Source: Octopus sinensis | Lineage: Eukaryota | Length of the DNA stretch: 64,000 nucleotides | NCBI RefSeq assembly: GCF_006345805.1 | Contig: NC_042999.1 | Coordinates: 107,322,001 to 107,386,000, forward strand | Reading direction: 5' to 3' | Part shown: positions 1-11,429 of the stretch, in pieces | Layout: every line of letters starts with the position of its first letter | Position numbering within the stretch: the stretch's first letter is position 1 | Position numbers and translations under genes: made by a program | Notes under the pieces: model-generated | Told to the model about the DNA's origin: nothing | Database searches by the model: none | The model's input: only the letters and a program-made list of their open reading frames with translations

Positions 1-232
1 AAGAAGTTCACTTCACTATCACATGGTTCAATTCTACTGTGCATCATCTTGGGCAAGTATTCTTAACTAGAGTCTGGCTGATGTCTCAAGAGTGAAATAT
101 AGTAAACAGAAACTGTGTACAAATTCATTAGACACACATACCACACTTACACATGTGCACATATATCCAATGTTCTGTTGATCGTATCAGCTGGGACCCT
201 CATTGTCATACCAGATGGATTGCTCTATATAT

Positions 233-334
<102 letters not shown>

Positions 335-587
335 ATTGTGAAGCATGACTGTCACCACTACTACATGAACCTGAAGATTGCAGAATTTAATGCATGAAAG
401 TACTAGTTCAATCAGAATGAACATTTAACATTCTACTATTTTATTTTATTTTATTCTATTATATTATATTATCTTATAATATATCATTATAAGATTGTAA
501 ATAAAACGTGAAAATCAGACAAGGTTGGAATTCCTTTTATTAATATATTCTTCTATACACAATCACACATACCCGTATTTATATATG

Positions 588-630
<43 letters not shown>

Positions 631-666
631 ATATATACATGTATGTATGTATGTTTGTATGTATGA

Positions 667-1012
667 ACCCAGGAAGACATGGGACAAGGTGGTGAAGTAT
701 GATCTCCAAATGTTGGGCCTCACAGAGGTAATGACAAGCGAATGAGACCTTTGGTGATATGCTGTGCTGCATAGACCTGTGAAGCCAAATGAGACCATAG
801 TTGTGACCGATGTCGGTGTCAGGTTAATGGCACTCATGCTGGTGGTATGTAAAAAACACCCATTACACTCTAAGAGAGGTTAGTGGTAGAAACCTTGCCA
901 AATCAGATCAGAACCTGGTGCAGCTCCTCGGCTTAATAGTTTTCTGTCAAACCGTCCAACCCATGCTATCATGGAAAATGGACGTTAAATGATGATGATA
1001 ATGAATGATGAT
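667..1012 (+). mobile_element. RTE LINE 3' fragment (ORF C-terminus and tail)
   Basis: Encodes PRKTWDKVVKYDLQMLGLTEVMT-like RTE C-terminus; tail CCATGCTATCATGGAAAATGGACGTTAAATGATGAT. Confidence 0.8.
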
Positions 1013-1471
1013 GATATATATATATATATATAAGAAAAGAACATAGGTATAACTTGGTACTCCTTTATTCCAGTTGTTACATATGTTTCAGTATTTGGCA
1101 ACTCATGATGTCACACTACAGATGCAACCAGTGGGAGCAGCATATAAGGAAAAACATGGGACAAACACATAGCCAGATAATCAATAAAAATTTGTTTAGA
1201 GTCAATTTGTTTGACTAAACTCTTCAAGGCATTGCCCCGGCATGGTCGCAAGTGTAATGACTGAAATGAATAAAAGGCGAAAGATAAAAGATACTAAATA
1301 TTCAAAACAAACAACAGCTAGTGAGAAAACTGCAAATGGCTCCGTGGTATAAGAGTGTTACTGCATTATACGAAGATCTAGACATTGACTGTGGAAGAGG
1401 CACAAATGTTAGAGAGAAATTAGTCAGGTGCGGAATATTGAATTTTTTTAATGTCAACTTGCATAAACGGC

Positions 1472-1680
1472 GAAGCAGTGAGCTGGCAGAATTGTTACCA
1501 TGCCATGCAAAATGGTCAGTGGTATTCTGTCCCTCTTTACATTCTGAGTTTAAATTTTTCCATGGTTGAATTCGTTTTTCATCCTTTCAGGGTTGATAAA
1601 ATAAGGACCAGTTGAGTACTGGGGTTGATGTAATCAACTTACACTCTCCCAAAATTGCTGGTCCTATTCCAGAATTTGAA
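1472..1680 (+). mobile_element. tRNA-derived SINE family A (Nin/Deu-like core)
   Basis: Head GTGAGCTGGCAGAA; core TTTCATCCTTTCAGGGTTGATAAAATAAGGACCAG; related copies at 2046, 36336, 44225, 44845. Confidence 0.75.
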
Positions 1681-1800
1681 ATCATCATTATTATCATTAT
1701 TATTATTATCATCATCATCATCATCATCATCATCATTATTATTATTATTATTATTATTAATATTATTATTATTATTATTATTATCATTATTATTATTAAT
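1680..1800. repeat. (ATT)n/(ATC)n microsatellite
   Basis: Direct reading; source of poly-Ile ORFs. Confidence 0.95.
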
Positions 1801-2012
1801 AATATTATAGGCGACGCACAGTATACAATATCATGAGGTCATTGATTGAAGATATTGTGTTTACCAGAGTTTTGTACTGTTTGTCAAGTCACAAGGACCT
1901 CAGACACATGGTACTTTATGCAATATGCATACAGTTCCAAGTAATGACGACTTTTACAATACACCTAGATTGTAGGGTACTTTTTAAAGTTTTCAGATGT
2001 TTATTATTATTA

Positions 2013-2045
<33 letters not shown>

Positions 2046-2260
2046 GAAGGTAGTGAGCTGGCATAATCATTAGCATGCCAGGTAAAATGCTTAGTGACAT
2101 TATGTCTGTCTATACATTCTGAGTTAAAATTTTGCCGGGATTGACTTTGCCTTTCATCCTTTCAGAATCAATAAAATAGGTACCAGTTGAACACAGGGGT
2201 CTATGTAATCGATTTACCTGCTTCCCCGAATTTGCTGGCCTTGTGCCAAAATTTGAACCA
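2046..2260 (+). mobile_element. SINE family A copy
   Basis: GTAGTGAGCTGGC head; GACTTTGCCTTTCATCCTTTC core. Confidence 0.75.
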
Positions 2261-2262
2261 TC

Positions 2263-2470
2263 ATCATCATCAGCATCATCATTTAGCATCCATTGTCCAT
2301 GCTGGTGTGGTTTGGACGATTTGACCTGGCTGGCACTTTAGAAGGCTGCGCTAGGATCAGTCTGATTTGGCATGGTTTTCTACAGCTGGATGCCCTTCCT
2401 AACACCAACAATTGTGAGAGTGTTATTGATGCTTTTATGAGCCACCATCACGGGTGCCATTTGCATGACA
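2263..2470 (-). mobile_element. RTE 3' tail fragment
   Basis: Reverse complement of GGAAGGGCATCCAGCTGTAGAAA...CATGGACAATGGATGCTAAATGATG. Confidence 0.75.
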
Positions 2471-4062
2471 CAGGTAGTAGATAAAAACAATATTTGAGGG
2501 AAAGTGGTGACAGCCAACATCAGCAAAACTCATTTAAATTCTCATGTTTGAAAAACTTCGTAAACTATTGAAAGATACAATTTTAGATACTTCACGCAAT
2601 GCCATTCTTTTGAGTGAGTAATTTAATGTGTTTGAGATAAAAACACTGAGAAAATAAGTGTGAAATGTCTCAGAATAATCATCAAATTATAGACAGGATA
2701 GCTGGTTAGACTAAATGGATAAGCAAGGGAAATCTGAGGTTGAAAGCATGTTGTATACTAAATGGTATATAGCTGAGATAGAGAAAGACTAACAGAAATA
2801 TTAGAAGTAGTGGTGACAGTGTTGAACCTTAAGGTTTAGGTTTAAAAGATTGCATCAAGCAGCAAACAGTTAAGTTGCATAGTAAACCAGGTTCAGACCA
2901 AAGGATAAAAAAACATGACATGAAATTAACAAATTCAATGATAATGATGATAACAATGATGAAAATGTGGAGGAGGACAACGACAACGACAACAACGATG
3001 ATCAGAAGGACAAGGAAAAGTGGGAAGAAGAGAGTGATAGTGGTGGTGGTGTCGATAGTGATCATAGTGGTGGCAGCAGCAAGGGCAGGACAGCAACAAC
3101 AGTGGGGGTAACAGTGGTGGTAGCGGTGACAGCAGTGAGAGTAGCAACACTGATATTTGTGGTAGCAGTGGTGGTGTAACCGATGAATGATGACGAGAAA
3201 GAGGATGAGAAGTGGGAAGAGGTGTGTGTTGTTGGTGGTGGTGGTGGTATTAGAAACAAAATGGTAGCAGCAGCAGTGGTGAAGGGGTCAGTGGTGGCAG
3301 CAGCAGCAGTGGTGTTCGTGATGTGACTAATGAATGATGAAGATGATAATGAATGATGATGATGATAATGAATGATGATGATGATGATGACGATGATGAT
3401 ATATTAAATGAATTTAATCGATAGCATTAACAATATATAACATAATATCATTAAAGCTATAACATAATGAAATTAATGTCATAATATAAATTATAGCTTG
3501 TTGCAAACATATTCATTCTACCTTCAAATAATAACTTCATTTATAAAAGAAGCATCGTTACAATTACAGTAAACAGATTATAAATTTCTAAAAACAAAAT
3601 TTGAATAAGGAATTCATTGCTAAGAATTCATCACACGTGCTCTATTCTTCTATTTGTTGCTTACTAATTAGATGAATGCAAAGTACATCTGTCTTGCATG
3701 GTCTTTGTCATAATTAAAGGCTATTTTCTTATAAAGACATGTTAGGTGACATTAATGTTTACACACTGTAAATATCAGAGAAATTAGTAGAGGAAACTGA
3801 AGAACAGAAATAGTAGTGGTTTGCCTCATCAATTTTTTTATGTTTTATGATTTCCTCTTATCTTTCACTTGTTTCAGACTTTAGACTGTGGCCAAACTGA
3901 GGCACCACCTTTTAAAATTTTAGTCAAATGAAACAACCCTCAGTAGTTTTCCCTTTTTTTAAAGTATGGTATTTATTCTATTGGTCTCTTTTGCTGAAAT
4001 GCTAAGTTACAGAGATGTAAACACATGAATGCAACACCCTTGTCACAAGGCCATGTGTCCTC

Positions 4063-4100
<38 letters not shown>

Positions 4101-4102
<2 letters not shown>

Positions 4103-6327
4103 CCCTGCTAATGGACAGAGATTTAGAGATATGTTACTTGAAGCCTTTGACGAAGCGGAAGGGGGTATAGCTACACATGGGGTAGAAGACAACTGGACGT
4201 TTCTGAGGGACAACCTGCTGAAAGCCGCTTACCAGATCTGTGGCTGGTGCAAAGTCCCCTTAAGACCCAAAATAACGTGGTGGTGGAACAATATTGTTGA
4301 CAGGGCTATTAGACAAAAGAAACAGGCTTGGAAGGCCTGGAAGAATGGTGGTAGCAGGGAAGTGTATCAGACTGCCAGAAGGGAAGCTAGGAGACAGGTC
4401 TATCTAGCCAGAGGGGAAGCAGATAAGAGAAAATTTGCCAATGTCCTGCGCCGTGAGGACGAAAGACTTGAGGTATTTCGTGTTGCAAGACAGTGTGTGA
4501 GAGAGAATCGTGATGTGGTAGGAGAGAAATGTGTTCGCATGGAGGATGGTTCACTTGCGCTAAATGAGGATGCAAAGAGAGAAGCTTGGAGACGCCACTA
4601 TGAAAGGTTGCTGAATGAGGAAAATGAATGGGATAAAGAGAGTCTGCCGAATGTTGACCCAACAGAGGGACCAGCAATCCGAGTTGATAGTTCCGTGGTA
4701 GCTAAGGCAATTAGAAGCATGAAGACGGGGAAAGCCCCAGGCCCATCAGGAATTACTGCAGAGATGCTCAAAATATCTGGTAGTGTCGGCTATAGCATAG
4801 TCACCCGTATAGTTAACCAGGTGATACACGAAGGAGTCATACCCAATGACTGGTGTAGCAGCATAATAGTCAACTGCTACAAAGGTAAAGGTGACGCCCT
4901 TGATACAAATAACTACAGGGGCATCAAGCTGTTGGATCAGGTAATGAAGGTTACGGAGAGGGTTATAGCCCAGTTAATTAGAGAGACAGTTAGCTTAGAT
5001 GATATGCAGTTTGGGTTCGTGCCAGGGAAAAGTACTACTGATGCTATATTCCTGGTAAGACAGCTGCAGGAGAAATACCTAGCCAAAGGTAAGCCCTTGT
5101 ACCTGGCTTTTGTTGACTTGGAGAAAGCCTTTGACAGGGTCCCCCGATCCCTTATCTGGTGGTCAATGAGGAAACTAGGGATAGATGAATGGTTAGTGAG
5201 AGCTGCGCGAGCCATGTACAGAGACGCTGCTAGTAAGGTGAGGGTTGGCAACGAGTACAGTGAAGAATTCCGGGTAGAGGTTGGGGTCCACCAAGGTTCA
5301 GTCCTCAGCCCCCTCCTATTTATCATAGTCCTCCAGGCAATAACGGAAGAATTTAAGACAGGATGCCCCTGGGAGCTCCTCTATGCCGATGACCTTGGTC
5401 TAATTGCTGAGTCACTATCAGAACTGGAGGAGAAGTTTCAGGTGTGGAAACAAGGATTAGAATCGAAGGGCCTTAGAATCAACCTAGCCAAAACCAAAGT
5501 CCTAATAAGTAGGAAGGTGGACCAACCACAAAGGTAGATGGCCCTGCTTGATCTGTAAAAAAGGTGTAGGTAGAAACTCTATAAGGTGCACCAAGTGTAA
5601 GCTATGGACACATAAGAGGTGCAGCAATGTCAAAGGTAGGCTAACTGGGAAGATAGTTTTCGTATGTGGCAGATGCTCAGGAGAAATAAATACTGGAAAT
5701 GTGCAGAGACCAACTTCTACCACGTTCCAGGGAGACAAACTAGAAGTAGTTGATAGCTTCCGCTACCTAGGAGACCAAGTCAGTAGCGGGGGTGGGTGTG
5801 CTGAAAGTGTAACTGCTAGAGTAAGAATAGCCTGGGCAAAGTTTAGAGAGCTCTTACCCCTGCTGGTGACAAAAGGCCTCTCGCTCAGAGTAAAAGGCAG
5901 ACTGTATGATGCATGTGTACGTACAGCCATGCTACATGGTAGTGAAACATGGGCCGTGACTGCTGAGGATATGCGTAAGCTCACAAGAAATGAAGCCAGT
6001 ATGCTCCGATGGATGTGTAATGTCAGTGTTCATAATCGTCTGAGTGTAAGTACCTTGAGAGAAAAGTTGAACCTAAGAAGCGTCAGTTGTGGTGTGCAAG
6101 AGAGACGGCTGCACTGGTATGGTCATATGACGAGAATGGCTGAAGATAGTTGTGTGCAAAAGTGCTACACCCTAGCAGTTGAGGGAACCTGTGGAAGAGG
6201 TAGACCCAGGAAAACCTGGGACGAAGTGGTGAGGCACGACCTACGAACTTTAGGTCTCACCAAGGAAATGACTAGAGACCGAGACCTATGGAAGTATGCT
6301 GTGCGTGAGAAGACTCGGCAAGACTAG
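4101..6327 (+). pseudogene. RTE reverse transcriptase ORF with one frameshift near 5530
   Basis: Frame open from 4101 (DPANGQRFRDMLL); comparison with the copy at 34010 indicates an 8-bp deletion (ATCCCTTC) that shifts frame; YADD intact. Confidence 0.9.
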
Positions 6328-6574
6328 TCAGGCCATAACCCGCGGCCCCTACCTGGGACGTAGTCAGTCCACCTGTGCATACCTTCCTTCTTGTGACACT
6401 TGTGAAGACCTGTTGAGGCAAGTGAAAATCAAACAAAATCTAAATAGATGAACATCAATGGAATTTGTATCTTTGTGGTACCAGTGCCGGTGGCACACAA
6501 GAAAACCTTCCGAACGTAGCCGTAGCCAGTACCACACCGACTGGCCTCCATGCTGTGGGCATGTAACAATCACC

Positions 6575-7066
6575 ATCCAATCGTGGCCGATCGCCAGCCT
6601 AATCTGGCTCCTGTGTCGGTGGCACATAAAAAACACCATCCGAGCGTGGTTGTCTGCTAGCCTTGTCTGGCACCTGTGTCGGTGGCACATAAAAATACCA
6701 TCCGAGCGTGGCCGTTCGCCAGCCTCGTCTGGCACCTGTGTCGGTGGCACATAAAAACACCATCCGAGCGTGGCCGTTCGCCAGCCTCGTCTGGCACCTG
6801 TGTCGGTGGCACATAAAAACACCATTCGAGCGTGGCCATTCGCCAGCCTCGTCTGGCACCTGTGTCGGTGGCACATAAAAGCACCATCCGAGCGTGGTCG
6901 TCTGCTAGCCTTGTCTGGCACCTGTGTCGGTGGCACATAAAAACACCATCCGAGCGTGGCCGTTCGCCAGCTTCGTCTGGCACCTGTGTCGGTGGCACAT
7001 AAAAACACCATCCGAGCGTGGCCGTTCGCCAGCCTTGTCTGGCACCTGTGTCGGTGGCACATAAAA
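6575..7066 (+). repeat. 62-bp minisatellite (about 8 units) in RTE 3'UTR
   Basis: Unit CATCCGAGCGTGGCCGTTCGCCAGCCTCGTCTGGCACCTGTGTCGGTGGCACATAAAAACAC; period 62 (6701 vs 6763). Confidence 0.95.
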
Positions 7067-7259
7067 TCACCCACTACACTCTCGGAGTGGTTGGCGTTAG
7101 GAAGGGCATCCAGCTGTAGAAACACTGCCAGATCTGACTGGCCTGGTGCAGCCTTCGGGCTCCCCAGACCCCAGTTGAACCATCCAACCCATGCTAGCAT
7201 GGAAAGCGGACGTTAAATGATGATGATGATGATGATGATGATGATATATGTATGTATGT

Positions 7260-7627
7260 GGAGGCGCAATGGCCCAATGGTTAGGGCAGTGGACTTGCAG
7301 TCATAGGATCACAGTTTAGATTCCCAGACCAGGCATTGTGAGTATTTATTGAGTGAAAACACCTAAAGCTCCATGAGGCTCTGGCAGAGGGCGGTGGCAA
7401 ACTCTGCTGTACTCTTTCTCTCACTCTTTCTTCCTGTTTCTGTTGTACCTGTATTTCAAAGGGCCAGCCTTGTCACACTCTGTGTCATGCTGAATCTCCC
7501 TGAGAACTACGTTAAGGGTACACGTGTCTGTGGAGCGCTCAGCTACTTGCACGTTAATTTCACAAGCAGGCTGTTCTGTTGATTGGATCAAATGGAACCC
7601 TCGTCGTTTTAACCGATGGAGTGTCAC
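7260..7627 (+). mobile_element. tRNA-derived SINE family C
   Basis: Head GGAGGCGCAATGGCCCAATGGTTAGGG (A box) and TTTAGATTCCC (B-box-like), followed by a unique body. Confidence 0.65.
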
Positions 7628-7900
7628 GATATATATGTACAGTAGCATCAGAATCAGGCAGTGAAGAGGGATAGACTAACTTTATACATATTTTGACTTC
7701 TAAAGACAAATTCACTGCAGTTGTGGTGGAGAAAAATTTCTTTCTTATGGTAAAAGGCTTTCTCTTTGACCAAAAGAGAGAATTTTTTTCTCCAAAGTAA
7801 CTGTAGTGACTTTATCTTTAGAAGTTAAAATATGTCGCAAACATATTTTAACAACCTAAACTTTATTATATATGCATAAAACAAGTAAAAGAATAAAAGA

Positions 7901-7972
<72 letters not shown>

Positions 7973-8021
7973 GTGTATGTTTGTGTGTGTGAATACATAT
8001 ATATGTATATATATATATATA

Positions 8022-8160
8022 TATTAAATATGACTAGAGTGTTAGAAAACACCTACATTGCTAGAAATAAGAGCTAAATTGGTCTAATGCTGTAGCTAAC
8101 ACACACGCCATTAGAGCAATGTAGGTGTTTTCTAACACCCAAGTCATATTTAATATATAT
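8022..8160. repeat. Hairpin/MITE-like inverted repeat
   Basis: About 45-bp arms TATATTAAATATGACTAGAGTGTTAGAAAACACCTACATTGC and its reverse complement, flanked by (TA)n. Confidence 0.8.
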
Positions 8161-8574
8161 ATAATTATACATATATATAAAATAGAAATATTATTAGTTC
8201 TAAATCTCTCAAAGAGAGACATTCAGTAACAGTTCCTTAAAACAGAGGCTTTTTTTGCCAACATAATGTGGCTATCCCGAAAAGGATGATGTTACTGTTG
8301 TTATAGCCCCAAGAAACATCGTTTCTAGCTGGCTATATAACACACTGTGTCCTTATATTTTCAAACAGGGAGCTCAGTAACTCCCATCTGGTGCAAAACT
8401 TCATCTGTGGACTAGTTTCTGAGTTATTTCTCTTTATTAATACAGAGTATCTGCTTTGATCAGATGGCGTTGCTGAATTCACCATTTGAACATACAGTAT
8501 TCAAAGTGACACTACAGTTACTTTGGAGAAAAAATTCTCTCTTTTGGTTAAAGAGAAAACTTTTACCAGTACCT

Positions 8575-8975
8575 ACTGACTGGCTCTCGTGCCAGGGGCA
8601 TGTAAAAAGCAACAACAAAACATGATCGATGCCAGTTGCCCCTGACTGGCTCCTGTGCTAGTAGCACATAAAAAGCACTATCCAAATGTGACCGATGCCA
8701 GGCTCATCTGACTGGCCCCTGTGCCAATGGCACATAAAAAGCACTATCTGAACATCATCGATGTGAGACCCACCCAACTGGCTCCTGTGCTGGTGGCACG
8801 TAAAAAGCACCCACTACACTTTCGGAGTGGTTAGCATTAGGAAGGGCAACCAGCTGTAGAAACATTGCCAGAGCAGATTGGAGCCTGGTGCCGCTATTGG
8901 CTCTCCAGACCTGAGTCAAACTGTCCAACCCATGCCAGAATGGTAAACGGACGTTAAACGATGATGATGATAATA
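8575..8975 (+). mobile_element. RTE tail with diverged tandem units (about 65-70 bp)
   Basis: Repeated ACTGGCTCCTGTGC...GGCACATAAAAAGCAC, then the standard tail and (GAT)n. Confidence 0.75.
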
Positions 8976-9340
8976 TATATAAATATATATATATATATAT
9001 GTATACTAAATGTGACTAGGGTGTTTTCTAACACCCTAGTCACAATTAGTGACAATTATAATTCTCCTTTTTGCTGAAACATTGCAAATTGCTGTTTATA
9101 TTAATTTGACATATATATATATATATATATTTATTGAAATGGATAAATGAATTATCTTGTTAAGGATTTTTCAAATTTTAACCGAAACCTGGGTAGCAAA
9201 AATCACAACAGAAAAAACACGGTTGAAGTTACGACCTTGGGGTGTCGCAACCGTGCCTTAGCGCGGATAATTGAAGTTTAATATATTTAGTGAAGGGAAG
9301 AAATGGAGCTGAATGAAGATTCTACAGAATTCCTTTTATT

Positions 9341-9426
9341 ATTTTCTACACATGTTTCAAAGGCCGCAAATTTCCAAATTCGGATTGAATAAGGAGACCA
9401 TTTTGCAGCATTCTCTTCAGGAAAAT
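9341..9426 (-). ncRNA. Type I hammerhead ribozyme motif (left arm copy)
   Basis: Exact reverse complement of 9519-9604. Confidence 0.8.
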
Positions 9427-9518
9427 CCAGGAATTTAAAAATCCAAGATAAATGCGCAGCAAGGTAGTTTTGTTCGAAAACATTGCTGCGCATTTGTTTT
9501 GGATTTTTAAATTCCTGG

Positions 9519-9604
9519 ATTTTCCTGAAGAGAATGCTGCAAAATGGTCTCCTTATTCAATCCGAATTTGGAAATTTGCGGCCTTTGAAACATGTGTAGA
9601 AAAT
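9519..9604 (+). ncRNA. Type I hammerhead ribozyme motif with long stem II
   Basis: Stem I ATTTTC/GAAAAT; core CTGAAGA 9525-9531; stem II GAATGCTGCAAA/TTTGCGGCCTTT; GAAA 9587-9590; stem III ACA-TG-TGT; GUA cleavage triplet ending at 9598. Confidence 0.8.
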
Positions 9605-9673
9605 AATAAAAGGAATTCTGTAGAATCTTCGTTCAGCTCCATTTCTTCCTTCACTAAATATATATATATATAT

Positions 9674-10817
9674 TGTTACGGTTGGCTAGGTGCATTTCTG
9701 GTGACCCACTTAGGAGCAATGGCGCCGGCATGTCTGGTAAAGAAAGTGACAGGTTCCTTGTTTAATGGGTTTTGGAAGGACCTTTGCCCTTGTGCCGGTC
9801 GAGAAAGGGTCAGGAGAATGTGAAAGAGGAGGACAGATTAAGGGAATCTGAGAGCAGATAGAGAGGAAGAATCTAGAGCTGTCATGAGAGAGATAGAGTA
9901 TAAGGCTAAAGGGACAGATGGAGAGGGTAATAGATTGAGGCGATATAGATAGAGTAAGGAATCAGATAGCAAATAGAAAGGCTATAAGTGGGAGATGAGG
10001 GAGTGGAAGAAGGACAGAGACGAAGTGAGGTCTGGGCAGTCGTTGAGCGGTCGTCGAAGAACACAGACGGATCTTGCAGTCGCTGGCCGGTCCTCGAAGA
10101 AGACAGTTGGGAACCGGTCGTCAGAGAACACAGTCGGATTCTGGAGGTCAGAGCGAGTAGATGGAATCTTAGAAGCGTTGGAATTTTAGGAGCAAGTTGG
10201 ATGCGAGAACGCTTGGCGGCACAGAAGGGAATTAGCAGTATTCAGAGGAATTGGCAGGATTGAGAGGAATGGGACACTGGCAGATTCAATTAGGAATTGA
10301 GGTATGTGTTGTGCATTGATATGTGTCACGGTGTATTGAACAGTGAAGAGAACAGTCAAGGACTCTGTCGATATGTCGATTATCGAGTTGTGGTATTTAT
10401 GTTCAGAATTGAGTAAAGGACTTGTTGATGTGACTTTATCTGTGATGTTCAGAAAGAGACTTTAAAGAACTGTTGTCTTCGGACGTGTACTCTTGAAATG
10501 CTGTTGTATTATGCGTTGATCTGTTGCATGATGTATTGAGTAGTCACGTGCATGTTTCCTTTAAATGCTTTGATGTATCTTGATGTTGTAACAATTGTAA
10601 TAGTCATATAAACTGTTGTTTGAATATATAAGCCAGTGTCTCTGTTGCCTTGCCTCTCTTTGGGTTGTATCTCGGGTTGTGCCTCTGTATCTCTGTGCTG
10701 TGCTGCTGTGGTTGTTGTTGTATCTCTCCTCTCTCCTCCTCTTTGGGTTCCGTGGCGGAACTTGTGAGCCGTTCGGGGCGAGCGACGACGGCGGGCGATT
10801 CCGTCCGTTCCGTAACA
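9674..10817. mobile_element. Solo LTR, 1144 bp (probably Gypsy-type)
   Basis: TGTTACGG...CCGTAACA termini; ATAT 4-bp TSD within (TA)n; no coding domain; TATAAG near 9984. Confidence 0.8.
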
Positions 10818-11277
10818 ATATATATATATATATATATATATTCATGCACACACACATATATATATTACAGTAGAGCTAAACCAGAAATCACGTGGTAGGT
10901 TCTTCAGCTTCTTGAACACATAGCCATACTCTTAAAATCCACAGAAGTTTGAGTAAGTTGTTGATAAGGAAGATGTTTATAAATAAATCTTGTTAACGAT
11001 ACTTTTCTAGTATGCACATGTGCATTGAGTATATCATACTATTCAAGTCACCATCTTTTGTGCTGATATCTTTCTCTAAAAACACACACAAGCAAGTGAT
11101 ACAGAACTGATACAGGATGCACTAAATAAATACCAACACCTGAAATTATACCCACCAATTTTGAATGAAGAATGATACTTTTGGACATTGTAGTTCGCAA
11201 CATTCAAGAGACATGATGGTTATGGAGGGAACACCTTTGATCAGAGACTTGATTTATCAGAGCTAACAATAGTATAG

Positions 11278-11400
11278 ACATGGCTGTGTGGTAAGAAGTT
11301 TTCTTTCCAATCACATGGTTTTGTGTTCAATCCCACTGCACGGCCTCTTGGGCAAGTGTTTTTAATTGTAGCCCTAGGTCAATCATATACTTTTGAATGG
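11278..11400 (+). mobile_element. SINE family B head fragment
   Basis: TGGCTGTGTGGTAAG...GTTCAATCCC...TTGGGCAAGTG. Confidence 0.7.
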
Positions 11401-11429
11401 ATACAGCAGACAGAAAGTGACAAAAGCCC

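Larger units (their letters stand above)
4099..7245 (+). mobile_element. RTE-clade LINE, 5'-truncated, young
   Basis: ORFs 4131-5537 and 5548-6327 carry RT motifs (NYRGIKL, FVDLEKAFDRV, GVHQGSVLSPLLF, YADD, FRYLG, RGRPRKTW); 3'UTR with minisatellite; (GAT)n tail; starts next to (GT)n. Confidence 0.95.
9131..9665 (-). mobile_element. PLE-type terminus with fold-back (tail plus about 182-bp inverted arms)
   Basis: Arms 9281-9462 and 9483-9665; unpaired 9131-9280 ends AATAAA+(TA)n on the minus strand; each arm contains a hammerhead motif. PLE assignment is inferred. Confidence 0.7.

Noticed and set aside
1321-1470. Coding-looking MAPWYKSVTALYEDLDIDCGRG
   Set aside because: Short, runs into a SINE, no recognisable motif or splice support
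2829-3400. Acidic and poly-T/V/H ORFs
   Set aside because: Degenerate trinucleotide low-complexity DNA
6575-7066. Possible CRISPR-like array
   Set aside because: Contiguous tandem units with no unique spacers; eukaryotic context
6364-7216. Repetitive 278-aa and other ORFs
   Set aside because: Antisense or alternate frames of the 62-bp minisatellite and RTE tail
7260-7335. tRNA gene candidates at SINE heads
   Set aside because: A and B boxes present but no complete cloverleaf; they continue into SINE bodies
9287-9823. Two ORFs with the same peptide on opposite strands
   Set aside because: Consequence of the inverted repeat
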